Positions 40,224-50,087 of a stretch of DNA of 64,000 nucleotides are shown in pieces. Each line of letters starts with the position of its first letter. The stretch's first letter is position 1. A program made the position numbers and the translations under genes. Under the pieces are notes generated by a model. The model saw only the letters and a list, made by a program, of their open reading frames with translations, was not told where the DNA came from and made no database searches. This DNA is from Bacteroidales bacterium. GTDB lineage: Bacteria > Bacteroidota > Bacteroidia > Bacteroidales > UBA12077. The stretch lies in NCBI GenBank assembly GCA_028282585.1, contig JANQHR010000080.1:13312-77311 (forward strand), given 5' to 3'.

Positions 40224-40952
40224 ATGGTTAGTTTTTTAAATATTGCTGCTTATGATATTAGAGTCTCATTTGAATTCTTGGTTATTTTAGTACTTTTTGC
40301 TTATATCACTTACCTTCATCTTAAATTATCCAAAAAGAACTTCATTATAAAAAACTATATCGACAAGTTTGGTAAGGATAAAAATAATATTGACAAAAAT
40401 GATGTTATAAGCTTTCTTGAGAACCTAAAAAATCCTGATTATAAGGGAATTGTCACAAAAGACAAATTACTTGATCATAAGTTTAGTAAGTTTCTTTTCG
40501 AAGACGACGATAAAGTAAAACTGTTTTTACATTATACAGCCAAACTTAATGTTGCAAAAAAAATCCTTACCAATGGTTTTAAATTTTTAAATTCATTTTA
40601 TAAAACAGCTGAATACATCTATAATGATGAACTATATCTTGTTCACAGACATCATGAGCATAAACAATATGGAAAGTATGTAATTGTAATTTGCATCTCC
40701 AAAGAGATTTACGATCATTATTCCGAAGAATTGAATAAACTTCATGCTAAGAATATTGCCGTGGAGCAAATACTAACAGAACAAGCTCCTGTTAAAGATG
40801 ATGAAGGTGATGAAACTTATATTTTACCGAAACAATTTATTAAAGGATACTTTAACTATTTGGATGGAACAATTGTAAAAAATCCGGATTATGATTATAA
40901 TTATCATTCAGATATTTTTGGAGAAAACGTAAAAAATCTGAATATAGAATAA
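40224..40952 (+). CDS. Hypothetical protein with N-terminal membrane anchor
   Basis: 242-aa ORF with one hydrophobic helix; family not recognised. Confidence 0.7.
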   Translation: MVSFLNIAAYDIRVSFEFLVILVLFAYITYLHLKLSKKNFIIKNYIDKFGKDKNNIDKNDVISFLENLKNPDYKGIVTKDKLLDHKFSKFLFEDDDKVKLFLHYTAKLNVAKKILTNGFKFLNSFYKTAEYIYNDELYLVHRHHEHKQYGKYVIVICISKEIYDHYSEELNKLHAKNIAVEQILTEQAPVKDDEGDETYILPKQFIKGYFNYLDGTIVKNPDYDYNYHSDIFGENVKNLNIE

Positions 40953-41019
40953 TTCATTAGTAGTTTCAAAATAATTTAAATTCCTTAATTTTAATCTTCC
41001 ATAAAATTTTAATCTATTT

Positions 41020-41562
41020 ATGAATTTTAGCAAAAGAGAAATAGCTAAAATGCTTGGTGATAGCTCTAGATTACAAGCTGATATGGTTGCAGAAACTATA
41101 CTAGATAATCAGGAATCATTTCAAAATCTTGTTGATTTGATGCTTGACGATGATGGTCAAATGGCAATGCGAGTATCAAGGGTTGTTGAAATATGCGAAT
41201 CATACAAGCCAAGGTTGTTTGAACCATTCTCAAGAAAAATACTTAATAGATTACCTCAATGTAAAACTCCCGGAGTTAAAAGAAATATTTTAAAAATATA
41301 TACGCGTAGGGATATGCCTAAGGATGAGGAATTAAAAGGTAATATTATTGAGCTTTGTTTTGATTGGATGAGATCTCCTTTGCAACCTGTTGCGGTAAGA
41401 GTGTTGTCAATGATGGTATTGGAAAGAATCGCATTAAAAGAACAATGGTTAATTCCGGAATTATTGTATTCTGTCGAAGATTTATTAGAAAAAGAAAATG
41501 TTTACGCAATTCAGCATCATGGGAAAAAAACTGCACAAAACCTACGCAAATTCATGTTATAA
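41020..41562 (+). CDS. Hypothetical alpha-helical (HEAT/ARM-like) protein
   Basis: LCFDW......VAVRV.SM.VL.....EP/QW...EL pattern common in Bacteroidota. Confidence 0.7.
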   Translation: MNFSKREIAKMLGDSSRLQADMVAETILDNQESFQNLVDLMLDDDGQMAMRVSRVVEICESYKPRLFEPFSRKILNRLPQCKTPGVKRNILKIYTRRDMPKDEELKGNIIELCFDWMRSPLQPVAVRVLSMMVLERIALKEQWLIPELLYSVEDLLEKENVYAIQHHGKKTAQNLRKFML

Positions 41563-42080
41563 TGACTGATTTTACTAACATAGCATATTTACAAAAAGGT
41601 AATATTAAACAACAAAAAGCTTATGGTACTTTAATAGATTTAGATATTTTTGAAAAGTTAAAAGAGTTTTCTCCGGTTCTAACCGGTACAATCCCAATTG
41701 ATATTGATATTGATGGTAGCGATTTGGATATTGTTTGTTTTTGTAAAGACTTAAAACTGTTTCAGGAAAAAGTTACCAAATATTATCAAAATTTTAATGG
41801 TTTTGTGCTACAACAAAAATTAATACGCAACCATAACACGATTGTTGTAAGGTTTTATCATAATGATTTTTTAATTGAGCTTTTTGGGCAAAACAGGCCA
41901 ATCGAAGAACAAGAAGCATACAGGCATATGCTTATAGAGCATAAAGTGTTAATTGAAAAAGGTGAATGTTTCAGGCAACAAGTCATTGAATTAAAGAAAC
42001 TGGGATATAAAACGGAACCTGCCTTTGCTAAATTGCTTGGATTAAAGGGAAACCCATATGATGAACTTCTAAAAATCTAA
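41562..42080 (+). CDS. DUF4269-family protein
   Basis: YLQKGN..Q, P.LTGTIPIDIDI.GSDLDI.C, AYRHM.IE, KTEPAFA.LLGL.GNPY; TAATG overlap fixes the start. Confidence 0.88.
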   Translation: MTDFTNIAYLQKGNIKQQKAYGTLIDLDIFEKLKEFSPVLTGTIPIDIDIDGSDLDIVCFCKDLKLFQEKVTKYYQNFNGFVLQQKLIRNHNTIVVRFYHNDFLIELFGQNRPIEEQEAYRHMLIEHKVLIEKGECFRQQVIELKKLGYKTEPAFAKLLGLKGNPYDELLKI

Positions 42081-42112
42081 AATTAGCATTGCTATTTTAA
42101 AATTCAAGCCAT

Positions 42113-42571
42113 TCATTCGCAACAAGAAACTTTTTCTTTTCTAAAAAGGTTAATAAACAGGGCAACAAAACAAACCTGGGTAAGAGCTGCAATACTTGCA
42201 ACTGTTATCATAAGCCCTCCTGCAATAATTGCCGAAAGATTATCTCCGATATATAAAAAATATCCACTACACGATAGTACAATGGCCCCAATCCCACATC
42301 CTATACTTCGGGCTATACCCATCGGTGGCACCTTTGTTTTTGCCAACAAATTATAAACACGATCATAAAGGCTGTTTTTTGAAAAAGCACCAACTAAAGT
42401 AGTTGCTGCTACAATAAACATGATAATATGCGATTGTAATATTAACCCTATTAAGGTAAATACAATGCAACTGATTGGAGTAACTCGCATAATACCCGCC
42501 AATTCAGTTGATTCCTTTTCAGAAACCGGAAATAAAAGCTGATCATTAATCCTACTTGCTACTTTATTCAT
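42113..42571 (-). CDS. Membrane protein, DUF4395-like
   Basis: Four hydrophobic segments, R..GC.IG, ..VCF. motif, C-terminal SCCE. Confidence 0.55.
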   Translation of the reverse strand: MNKVASRINDQLLFPVSEKESTELAGIMRVTPISCIVFTLIGLILQSHIIMFIVAATTLVGAFSKNSLYDRVYNLLAKTKVPPMGIARSIGCGIGAIVLSCSGYFLYIGDNLSAIIAGGLMITVASIAALTQVCFVALFINLFRKEKVSCCE

Positions 42572-42670
42572 ATTTCTTAGTCTTTGGCTTCAAGCCCAAA
42601 TGTACCAATAATCAACCTAAATAAATGATTTTAAATCTTAATATTTGTTAATAAAAACCTTAAAAGAGAA

Positions 42671-43333
42671 TTAATCTTGGGTCAATTTTCTACCTAACTC
42701 ACCACATTCCTCTAAAAGTTTTTGATTTCTGTTATAATCATCCCTAACAAGTTTCCGGTTTAATTTTAATTTGGGGTACAACTCTTTTAGCTCTTCCTCC
42801 GTTTTCTGAACCTGTTTAATTACTGCCAACCTGGTTCCCTTAATAACATGTAAGCGGTTATTATCGCCCAACACCTCTTTCATATATTTGAATAAATCAA
42901 TAACTGGTTGGGCGTCGGAATCATCGGACGAACCCATAGAAAGGAGCAAAACAAAATCTTTGTTCCAATTTTTCCATGGTGTATGTATTAATCCGGCTTC
43001 AGTTATTTGAACATGGACAAACGACCGAAACCTGTCAATTATATTTTTTAAAGGAGCTGTAACATAATGAAAATAAATCGGAGATGAGAAAACCAAAATA
43101 TCAGCTTCGTTAATTTTTTGGCTTAACTCTTCCCAATCGTCTCCTCTTATTGCACAGCGTTTAACCAAATTACACCGCAAACAGCCATTACAGTATTTAA
43201 TATCCAAATCCTTTGCAACTATATGCTCAATTTGATTTGTATTATGCTCTGCCCCTTCAATAAAATGCTGTAATAAAATGGATGTGTTGCCCATTTTACG
43301 TGTACTGCCATCAAGCACTAAAACTTTTTTCAT
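42671..43333 (-). CDS. Flavodoxin-fold / iron-sulfur flavoprotein-like FMN reductase
   Basis: GSTRKMGNT, CNGCLRC....RC...DD, SPIYF......KNIIDR. Confidence 0.85.
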   Translation of the reverse strand: MKKVLVLDGSTRKMGNTSILLQHFIEGAEHNTNQIEHIVAKDLDIKYCNGCLRCNLVKRCAIRGDDWEELSQKINEADILVFSSPIYFHYVTAPLKNIIDRFRSFVHVQITEAGLIHTPWKNWNKDFVLLLSMGSSDDSDAQPVIDLFKYMKEVLGDNNRLHVIKGTRLAVIKQVQKTEEELKELYPKLKLNRKLVRDDYNRNQKLLEECGELGRKLTQD

Positions 43334-43338
43334 ACTAC

Positions 43339-43716
43339 TTATTTAGGGTTCGCAAATGATGTATTTTTAAAATAGTCGCTGATAAATGAAATTCTATCGC
43401 CAGAAAAATAAAATAAGGTAATTCCACTATTCTCATACAAACTTCCATCGAGGTATTCGCCCTTATTTGTCCAAACAACGCACGCTTTTTTATCTCCTAC
43501 AACTACATCATTAACATTGAATTTTAAGTTCTTATATTTTCTCAATAGAACCTTAAAAAACAAAATTACACGTTTAGCCCCTTCAATTCTATCTGTTCCC
43601 GGAAAATCAAAAGATATATCTTCTAATGCATTATCTTGAAACTTCGAAAATTCACCCGTATTCATTGCATCAAATATACTAACTGCAATTCTCTTATAAT
43701 CAATCTCGTGATTCAT
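43339..43716 (-). CDS. SnoaL/NTF2-like protein
   Basis: F.FPG...IEG, W.N.G...DG..YEN.G......I..ISDYF. Confidence 0.85.
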   Translation of the reverse strand: MNHEIDYKRIAVSIFDAMNTGEFSKFQDNALEDISFDFPGTDRIEGAKRVILFFKVLLRKYKNLKFNVNDVVVGDKKACVVWTNKGEYLDGSLYENSGITLFYFSGDRISFISDYFKNTSFANPK

Positions 43717-43823
43717 TTATAATAAAGTTTAAATTTTGAAATTAATTTTAATTAATACTTATATGCCCTAATTAATCTGGTGAGTTTGATTAATTTTGCT
43801 AAAATTAACAATTAAAAATTAAA

Positions 43824-44759
43824 ATGTATAAACATCTGTTTGGTCCGGTTCCATCAAGAAGGCTAGGTATGTCATTGGGAGTAGATTTAGTTCCTCATAA
43901 AGTTTGTACGCTAAATTGTATTTATTGTGAATGCGGAGCCTCTACAAATCTTACAACGGAAAGAAAGGAATATGTTTCGTATTATGAAATTATCAAAGAA
44001 CTAAATGACTTTTTTTCAGAAAATGAAAAGCCCGATTATATAACCTTTTCCGGGGCAGGTGAACCTACGTTAAATATCAATATTGGCAAGGTAATAGATT
44101 ACATAAAAAATAACTATCCCGAAGTTCCTATTGCCGTATTAACCAATGGCAGCTTATTTAATGACAAAAAAGTCAGACAAGAATTATTAAAGGCCGATTT
44201 GATATTACCTTCACTAGATGCCTCTACAGAAAAAGCATTCAAGAAAATTGACCGCCCAAGTAAAAAACTAAACATTGAAGAATACATTCAGGGTTTGATA
44301 AATTTCAGAAACGAATTTAATGGGACAATTTGGTTAGAAATAATGATTCTGCCAGGGATTAATGATGATTTGGAAAATCTTGAAGGTTTAAAAGACGCAA
44401 TTCTAAAAATAAATCCCGATAAAATTCAATTGAATACCTTAGACCGTCCGGGAGTTATTGATAAAATAAGGGCTGCAAACCGTTTAGAACTTCAAATTAT
44501 TATTGATTTATGGAATATCGAAAATATTGATATTATTGCATCTTCTGCTAGAAAAAAGGATAAGCATGGATTTAGAAAAGATACCGAAAATGCAATTTTG
44601 GAAACAATCTCCAGGCGCCCGTGCACATTAGAGGATTTGGAAAGCATGTTAGGAATTCATGTTCATGAAATAAATAAATACCTTGATATTCTTGATCAGG
44701 AAGGAAGAATTGAAACATACAGGCAAGAACGGGGAATATTTTACCGTTTAAAGCAATAA
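43824..44759 (+). CDS. Radical SAM protein (Tyw1-like uncharacterised clade) with C-terminal HTH-like region
   Basis: FGPVPSRRLG.SLGVD, CTLNCIYC, TFSGAGEPTL, SLDA, NTLDRP, RRPCT. Confidence 0.92.
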   Translation: MYKHLFGPVPSRRLGMSLGVDLVPHKVCTLNCIYCECGASTNLTTERKEYVSYYEIIKELNDFFSENEKPDYITFSGAGEPTLNINIGKVIDYIKNNYPEVPIAVLTNGSLFNDKKVRQELLKADLILPSLDASTEKAFKKIDRPSKKLNIEEYIQGLINFRNEFNGTIWLEIMILPGINDDLENLEGLKDAILKINPDKIQLNTLDRPGVIDKIRAANRLELQIIIDLWNIENIDIIASSARKKDKHGFRKDTENAILETISRRPCTLEDLESMLGIHVHEINKYLDILDQEGRIETYRQERGIFYRLKQ

Positions 44760-45557
44760 ATGGGTAGTATGGATAATACCGTATATACTATATCGGCCAG
44801 GGGAAAAAAATTGAAGCAGCCCATTGAGAAATATTTAAAGGCTTATTTTCCAAATATCCCATTCAATAAGATTGATAGTGTTTTTGGATTTGTTGAAAAA
44901 TCTTCCCTTTATAGCGGAAGGCCATTTTTTCGCCCGCAAATTTCTGAAAAAGATTATCAATTTCTTCAAAATCATCATATTGGGATAAGAATTCCTTTTA
45001 CAAACCATTATGTTTCCGATATAGAATATAAAAAATATAAAACTTTGCTGGAAAAATACCATAAAGAAGGAAACTCATTAATAATAACCAATAATACTTT
45101 TGCGAGTTGGATAAAGAGAGATTTTCCTTATTATAAAATTGAAGCCAGCATATTAAAAGAAATAGATTCGTTGGAAAAAATCAACGAGGCATTAAAATTA
45201 TATGATACGGTAGTACTTCCAATGAATGTGAATAATAACACCCGGTTATTAGAATCAATAGAACAAAAAGACAGAATTACATTGTTTGGAAATGCTGGTT
45301 GCGCTTTAACCTGCCCTAACCGAATTTGCTATAATTACATTTCAAAGCGAAATAAAATCTTGGGAAACAGTAATTATATTTTAAGAAGTATATACTATTT
45401 CTATTCGTTTTTTGTAATAAGAAAATGGTGTATGCACAAAATAAAGCCGCGTAAGTTGCATGGCGTTAGTGATTTTGATATTGATAAATACCACCAGATG
45501 GGATTTCGGAGGTTTAAAATGTTAAGGGAACATTCAGGCAGAAAAACAGGATATTAG
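44760..45557 (+). CDS. Hypothetical protein, U32-like Cys-containing TIM barrel
   Basis: NSLII.N...A.WI..DFP...IEAS, NAGCALTCPNRICY, WC, GF.RFK; ATG directly abuts the radical SAM stop. Confidence 0.6.
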   Translation: MGSMDNTVYTISARGKKLKQPIEKYLKAYFPNIPFNKIDSVFGFVEKSSLYSGRPFFRPQISEKDYQFLQNHHIGIRIPFTNHYVSDIEYKKYKTLLEKYHKEGNSLIITNNTFASWIKRDFPYYKIEASILKEIDSLEKINEALKLYDTVVLPMNVNNNTRLLESIEQKDRITLFGNAGCALTCPNRICYNYISKRNKILGNSNYILRSIYYFYSFFVIRKWCMHKIKPRKLHGVSDFDIDKYHQMGFRRFKMLREHSGRKTGY

Positions 45558-45705
45558 ATCTCTAATTCTATCCAAACAGCTAGTAATCTTTGCATTAACA
45601 AATTTATTAAAAAACTTAACATTAATTTAATGTTAATTATTGCTATAAATTTAAATGTTATGTTAATTTTGTGTTAATTATTTATTAATCTAATATTATC
45701 TTGTC

Positions 45706-46410
45706 ATGGAAGACAATAAAAATGTAAATTCTAATTTAACAGAAAACGATAAAAACTCTCAAGAAAAAAGCGCAAAGGAAGTTTCTCCTGAAAAGAAACC
45801 TGTAAGAAAAACAGGAACTACAAGAAGTACTAACACAAGAAGAACTACTAAAACCTCTACTTCTGCAACAAGAACTGCAAAGACTGCATCTGGAAATCCA
45901 GCCACCAGGGCTAAAACAACTACAACCAGAAAACCAGCTACTACTGCAAAATCTGGTACAATAAGAAGTGCCAATACAAGCACAAGCACAAGTACAAAAA
46001 CTATAGCAGCTTCTAAAAAGGCAGTAGCTGAACCCAAAAAGGAATTGGAAGAATTTAAATCTACAAGCCCTACAGTAGCTCAAAAAGAGAAAAAAGAAAT
46101 TTTAAATAAGATTGAAGGAGCTATTGAAAAGCCGGAAGTAAAGAGCACAGAACCGGAAATTGCTCCTGAAGCAATCAAACCAAATAAAACAAATAAAATG
46201 ACTAAAAAGCAAAAGGAAAAAATCAAAGATGCTAAAAAGAAAGTTGGAAAAATCGAAAAACAGGCCAACGGTATCGAAAAAAAATTAAAAAAAGCCAAGA
46301 AGAAAAAAGCTGGTAAGAAAAAACTAAAAAAACTTAGAACCAACTTTAAGGATATAATTAAAAAGCTTAAATCAAGCAGGAAAAAACTTAAAAAAGCTAA
46401 GAAATCTTAG
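45706..46410 (+). CDS. Low-complexity T/S/K-rich basic protein (histone-H1-like)
   Basis: 234-aa ORF; 33 of the last 70 residues are Lys; followed by a terminator. Confidence 0.7.
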   Translation: MEDNKNVNSNLTENDKNSQEKSAKEVSPEKKPVRKTGTTRSTNTRRTTKTSTSATRTAKTASGNPATRAKTTTTRKPATTAKSGTIRSANTSTSTSTKTIAASKKAVAEPKKELEEFKSTSPTVAQKEKKEILNKIEGAIEKPEVKSTEPEIAPEAIKPNKTNKMTKKQKEKIKDAKKKVGKIEKQANGIEKKLKKAKKKKAGKKKLKKLRTNFKDIIKKLKSSRKKLKKAKKS

Positions 46411-46443
46411 TTTTGGTTTGGGAAATTGTTTTTTCATGTGAAT

Positions 46444-46473
46444 GGCACAAACGTTAAAGTTTGTGCCTTTTTT
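46444..46473 (+). terminator. Intrinsic terminator
   Basis: GGCACAAAC-GTTAAA-GTTTGTGCC-T6. Confidence 0.85.
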
Positions 46474-46714
46474 AGTTTTAGAATTAACGCAATTATTAAT
46501 AATGTTTCTGTAAATACTACATTATTTTGTTTGCTTTAATTATATTTAATGGAATAAGAAGCTCTGATTTAATCTTTTTTAGTATGATTACAGAAGTTTT
46601 ACAACAACCTAAACTTAAACAATATATCAAAAGAATTATTAGGAGTTATAGTTTCGTTTTAAACAAGCTGGGCTAATACAAATAAGCGGGTCTTTTTTAC
46701 TAAAACTTTAAGCC

Positions 46715-47431
46715 ATGAATGCTCAAGAATTACATCAAGATATTATAATGTTCTGTGAACAACATGCAGACGAAGAAAATGTTAAAAAATATTCCAGATA
46801 TTTTAAGGAAGGATTTGTTGGGTTTGGTATTGAAAATAAACTAATTCCGGTTAAAGTTAAAGAATACAAAAAATTTGAATGGTGCACCATAAATGTTGTT
46901 TACGAAGTTTCAAGGTTACTTGTACCCGATAAGAGGCATGAACTTCCAAATTTTGCATTATTATTACTTAATGAATTTAAAAATAAATTTGATATTAATA
47001 CCTTTCACGAAGTCGAGTCGTGGTTTACGATTGGCATTACTAACTGGGCACATACCGATGGAATAGTCCAATATTTCTTTCCTGTATTTTGGAAAAAGGA
47101 AATTATAAAACTCAATGATTTATCCAAATGGAGAAAAGCAAAAAATAAATTTCAACGACGTTGTGTTCCTGTTGGAATGATCAAACTTTTAAAACATAGC
47201 GAAGACTTTGGTAAGATGTTTAAGTTTATTGATCCGTTGATGATGGATCCTGAACGCGAAGTTCACCAGGGACTGGGTTGGTTTCTCCGAGAATGTTGGA
47301 AAAGAAACCGATATAAGACAGAAAGTTTCTTAATGAAGTGGAAAAATGATTGTGCAAGATTAATTATTCAATATGCTACCGAAAAAATGACCAAAGAAGA
47401 GCGTTTAAAGTTTCGAAAAGGTAAAAAGTAA
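46715..47431 (+). CDS. DNA alkylation repair protein (AlkD-like HEAT repeat)
   Basis: NWAHTD, W....NKFQRR, DPEREVHQGLGWFLRE, YATEKM. Confidence 0.85.
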   Translation: MNAQELHQDIIMFCEQHADEENVKKYSRYFKEGFVGFGIENKLIPVKVKEYKKFEWCTINVVYEVSRLLVPDKRHELPNFALLLLNEFKNKFDINTFHEVESWFTIGITNWAHTDGIVQYFFPVFWKKEIIKLNDLSKWRKAKNKFQRRCVPVGMIKLLKHSEDFGKMFKFIDPLMMDPEREVHQGLGWFLRECWKRNRYKTESFLMKWKNDCARLIIQYATEKMTKEERLKFRKGKK

Positions 47432-47487
47432 AATCGCAAGTTAGAAAGAACAATATTTTTGAAATATTATTCTTTCCAATGATTTAA

Positions 47488-47700
47488 TTAAACATGCACT
47501 GAAATCTTTAAAACAACCGTTTTTACCAAGTTGGCGTAATCAGCATAAGACATTTTTAATAATTCGGAATGAGTGCCTGCAGCGAATGAAATTTCTTTTT
47601 GAGTTGTAAGTGATTTCACAACAAATACTTCCAACTTATATAAATTACCAAATGGAGGTATTGCGCCTACCTCGCAGTTTGGGAAAATACTCGTAAATTC
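47488..47700 (-). pseudogene. C-terminal half of a YbaK/ProX aminoacyl-tRNA deacylase
   Basis: Own translation: EFTSIFPNCEVGAIPPFGNLYKLEVFV..SL....EISFAAGTHSELLKMSYADYANLVK...*; in-frame stop two codons upstream; no N-terminal half. Confidence 0.8.
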
Positions 47701-48410
47701 TAACTATTTAAACTCTTAAGTACCTTGTTTTTATAATTTCTTCCAATTGTAAAACGTTTATCCCTAATTTCTACTGAAGAAGAAGTAAATAAGTCAACTT
47801 TATCAGTGTTTACGATATAAGACCTGTGAATCCTTAAAAAATTATTAGGTAATGCTTTCTCAATGAAAGATAAGCTTTCGTAACAAATAATGGAAAGATC
47901 TTCAGTATGAACTTTTATATAATTATCAAGGCTTTCAATAAACAATATATGATTAAATCTTATCTTATAATTCTTTTTATCTGATTTTAGTATAATATAA
48001 TCCTTATAATCACGGGTTTCTTTACTTAATTCAATATTGCCTGGCTCTAGGGCTAAAAATTTATTCACCGCTTTTAAAAACCTCTCAAAAGAAATAGGTT
48101 TTACTAAGTAATCAATTGCTTCTAATTCAAATGCATCAACAGCAAAGCTTCTATAAGCAGTTGTAAATATAACCTTTGGAGGATTTGAAAGAGATTTCAA
48201 AAAACTAATACCGGAAATTCCAGGCATATTAATATCAAGAAATAATAAATCAATCTTATGCGTGTTGAGAGCATCAATTGCATGTAAAGCTTTAGTAAAG
48301 GTCTGAACACATTCAATGCAATCAATTTCCTTCAAATGCTGCTCAATAACTTTAATTGCTATAGGTTCGTCATCTATAATAATGCAACGGTACTTTACTT
48401 TATTATCCAT
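47700..48410 (-). CDS. LytTR-family response regulator
   Basis: IDDEP, FLDINMP, FTTAY, DYLVKP, FLRIHRSYIVN. Confidence 0.95.
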   Translation of the reverse strand: MDNKVKYRCIIIDDEPIAIKVIEQHLKEIDCIECVQTFTKALHAIDALNTHKIDLLFLDINMPGISGISFLKSLSNPPKVIFTTAYRSFAVDAFELEAIDYLVKPISFERFLKAVNKFLALEPGNIELSKETRDYKDYIILKSDKKNYKIRFNHILFIESLDNYIKVHTEDLSIICYESLSFIEKALPNNFLRIHRSYIVNTDKVDLFTSSSVEIRDKRFTIGRNYKNKVLKSLNS

Positions 48411-48411
48411 G

Positions 48412-49485
48412 CTAACTAGTTTGAATTTCTAAATGAACTTTGAAAACTCCATTCTCATTAATAATTTTAAGATTATATTTTCCTTTATAAATATAATTTA
48501 AACGTTCTTTTATATTTTGTAAACCAATTCCCTTTCCTTCTTGATTTAAATATTTATCATTACCTATGTCAGAAATACTATTTTCTGCATTAAAAATGAT
48601 TAAGTTATCACGCTCTAAAAGCTGTAATTCAATAAAATTATCTTTTACATCCTGTAATCCATGTTTAAATGCGTTTTCAATAAAAGGGAACAATATTAGT
48701 GGTGCTATGGTATATTTTGTTTGTTCAGGAAAACTATACGTAACATTGAAATCCTCATCATGCCTGATTTTTTCTAACGAAATATAATTCTTTATAAAAT
48801 CAATTTCTTTGTTTAGATCAACCAACTCATCATTACATTCGTAAAGCATATAATCTAAAAGTTCCGATAATTTAATAATCGTCTCTTTAGATTGTTCCGG
48901 ATTATCATTAATTAATCCATACAAGTTATTAAGCATATTAAAAATAAAATGAGGATGAATTTGTCCTTGAAGCAATTTTAATTTAGCTTCCTTTAGTTTT
49001 AATTCGGTTATTTGTTTTTGCTTTTTTATATTATCTTTTTCGTTAAGCCTTCTATACGATTCTTTTATAAAATGAATAACCGCCGCCATTATTACTATTA
49101 AATAATTACCTGCCACTAATATAACAATATCGTGCCTTTGCGGAATAATCATATTTGGTAAGTTAAATGCACTATAAGCTAAAATAACTATAATAGAAAA
49201 TGAAATTAACCATAAGGTAAAAATGAATATGGCAAAAATAAAATATGTAAAAACCAATATCTTACCTGTAAAAAGATATTTAGGAATAATTAAATTATTG
49301 ATTATTAAGGTAATAAAATAACTAAAAACAATTAATAAACTTACCAGAGTGATTCTAATTTGTAAATCGTAACTTTTATTACTAAAAATAAAAAACATTA
49401 ATAAGGCTGCGATTGTCCAATATATTAAATGAGATAACCAACTGCTTTTTTTAAAGAATAGATCGTATAATCGTTGCTCGTTCAT
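48412..49485 (-). CDS. LytS/YehU-type sensor histidine kinase
   Basis: Four TMs, QIHPHFIFNMLNNLY, FIENAFKHG, GIGLQNIKERL. Confidence 0.93.
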   Translation of the reverse strand: MNEQRLYDLFFKKSSWLSHLIYWTIAALLMFFIFSNKSYDLQIRITLVSLLIVFSYFITLIINNLIIPKYLFTGKILVFTYFIFAIFIFTLWLISFSIIVILAYSAFNLPNMIIPQRHDIVILVAGNYLIVIMAAVIHFIKESYRRLNEKDNIKKQKQITELKLKEAKLKLLQGQIHPHFIFNMLNNLYGLINDNPEQSKETIIKLSELLDYMLYECNDELVDLNKEIDFIKNYISLEKIRHDEDFNVTYSFPEQTKYTIAPLILFPFIENAFKHGLQDVKDNFIELQLLERDNLIIFNAENSISDIGNDKYLNQEGKGIGLQNIKERLNYIYKGKYNLKIINENGVFKVHLEIQTS

Positions 49486-49698
49486 ATAGATTCAAAGATA
49501 TAACATTAATTACGTTGTATTTAAGTAAAAAAAGAATTTTAAGCGAACTACACATATTCACCCCTAAATAGTTAGTTTGCTTTTGGGAACGTTAATCTTG
49601 CAACCCGGTAATTAAAAGTTTACATTGGCATAAAACTTTTTGTGTTAATTATTGAAGTAACTAAAATTGTTTTAGTATTAACCAAAAAACAATATGAT

Positions 49699-50079
49699 AT
49701 GATTTTTGAACATCTAATTATCGGAGGAATTTATTTTATGTTACCTATCTACATAATGTGGATTATTGTAATATTTTTAGGTATTAAGTTTTTAATTAAA
49801 TTCAATGTAGAAAATACTGACATTAAAAAACTTACCAAAACAAATTCCTTAATTATTTTCCTTGGGAGTTTTACGTTTCTTTTTGGGTTATTAGGTCAGA
49901 TTTTAGGTATTTATAATGCCTTACAAGCTGTTCAGCAAGCAGGAGATATATCTCCTGCATTAATTGCCGGTGGACTGAGAGTTTCTTTGTTGGCTCCTTT
50001 ATACGGATTTTTTCTTTTCCTAATTTCATTTATTACGTGGTTTATATTCAAGAATTTGTTAAAGCAGCAAATTAATTAG
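49699..50079 (+). CDS. Small MotA/TolQ/ExbB-family membrane protein
   Basis: GG..FM.P, GLLGQILGIY.A...V...GDISP.LIAGGL.VSL...LYG; start moved to MIFEH. Confidence 0.8.
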   Translation: MIFEHLIIGGIYFMLPIYIMWIIVIFLGIKFLIKFNVENTDIKKLTKTNSLIIFLGSFTFLFGLLGQILGIYNALQAVQQAGDISPALIAGGLRVSLLAPLYGFFLFLISFITWFIFKNLLKQQIN

Positions 50080-50087
50080 AAAATTTT

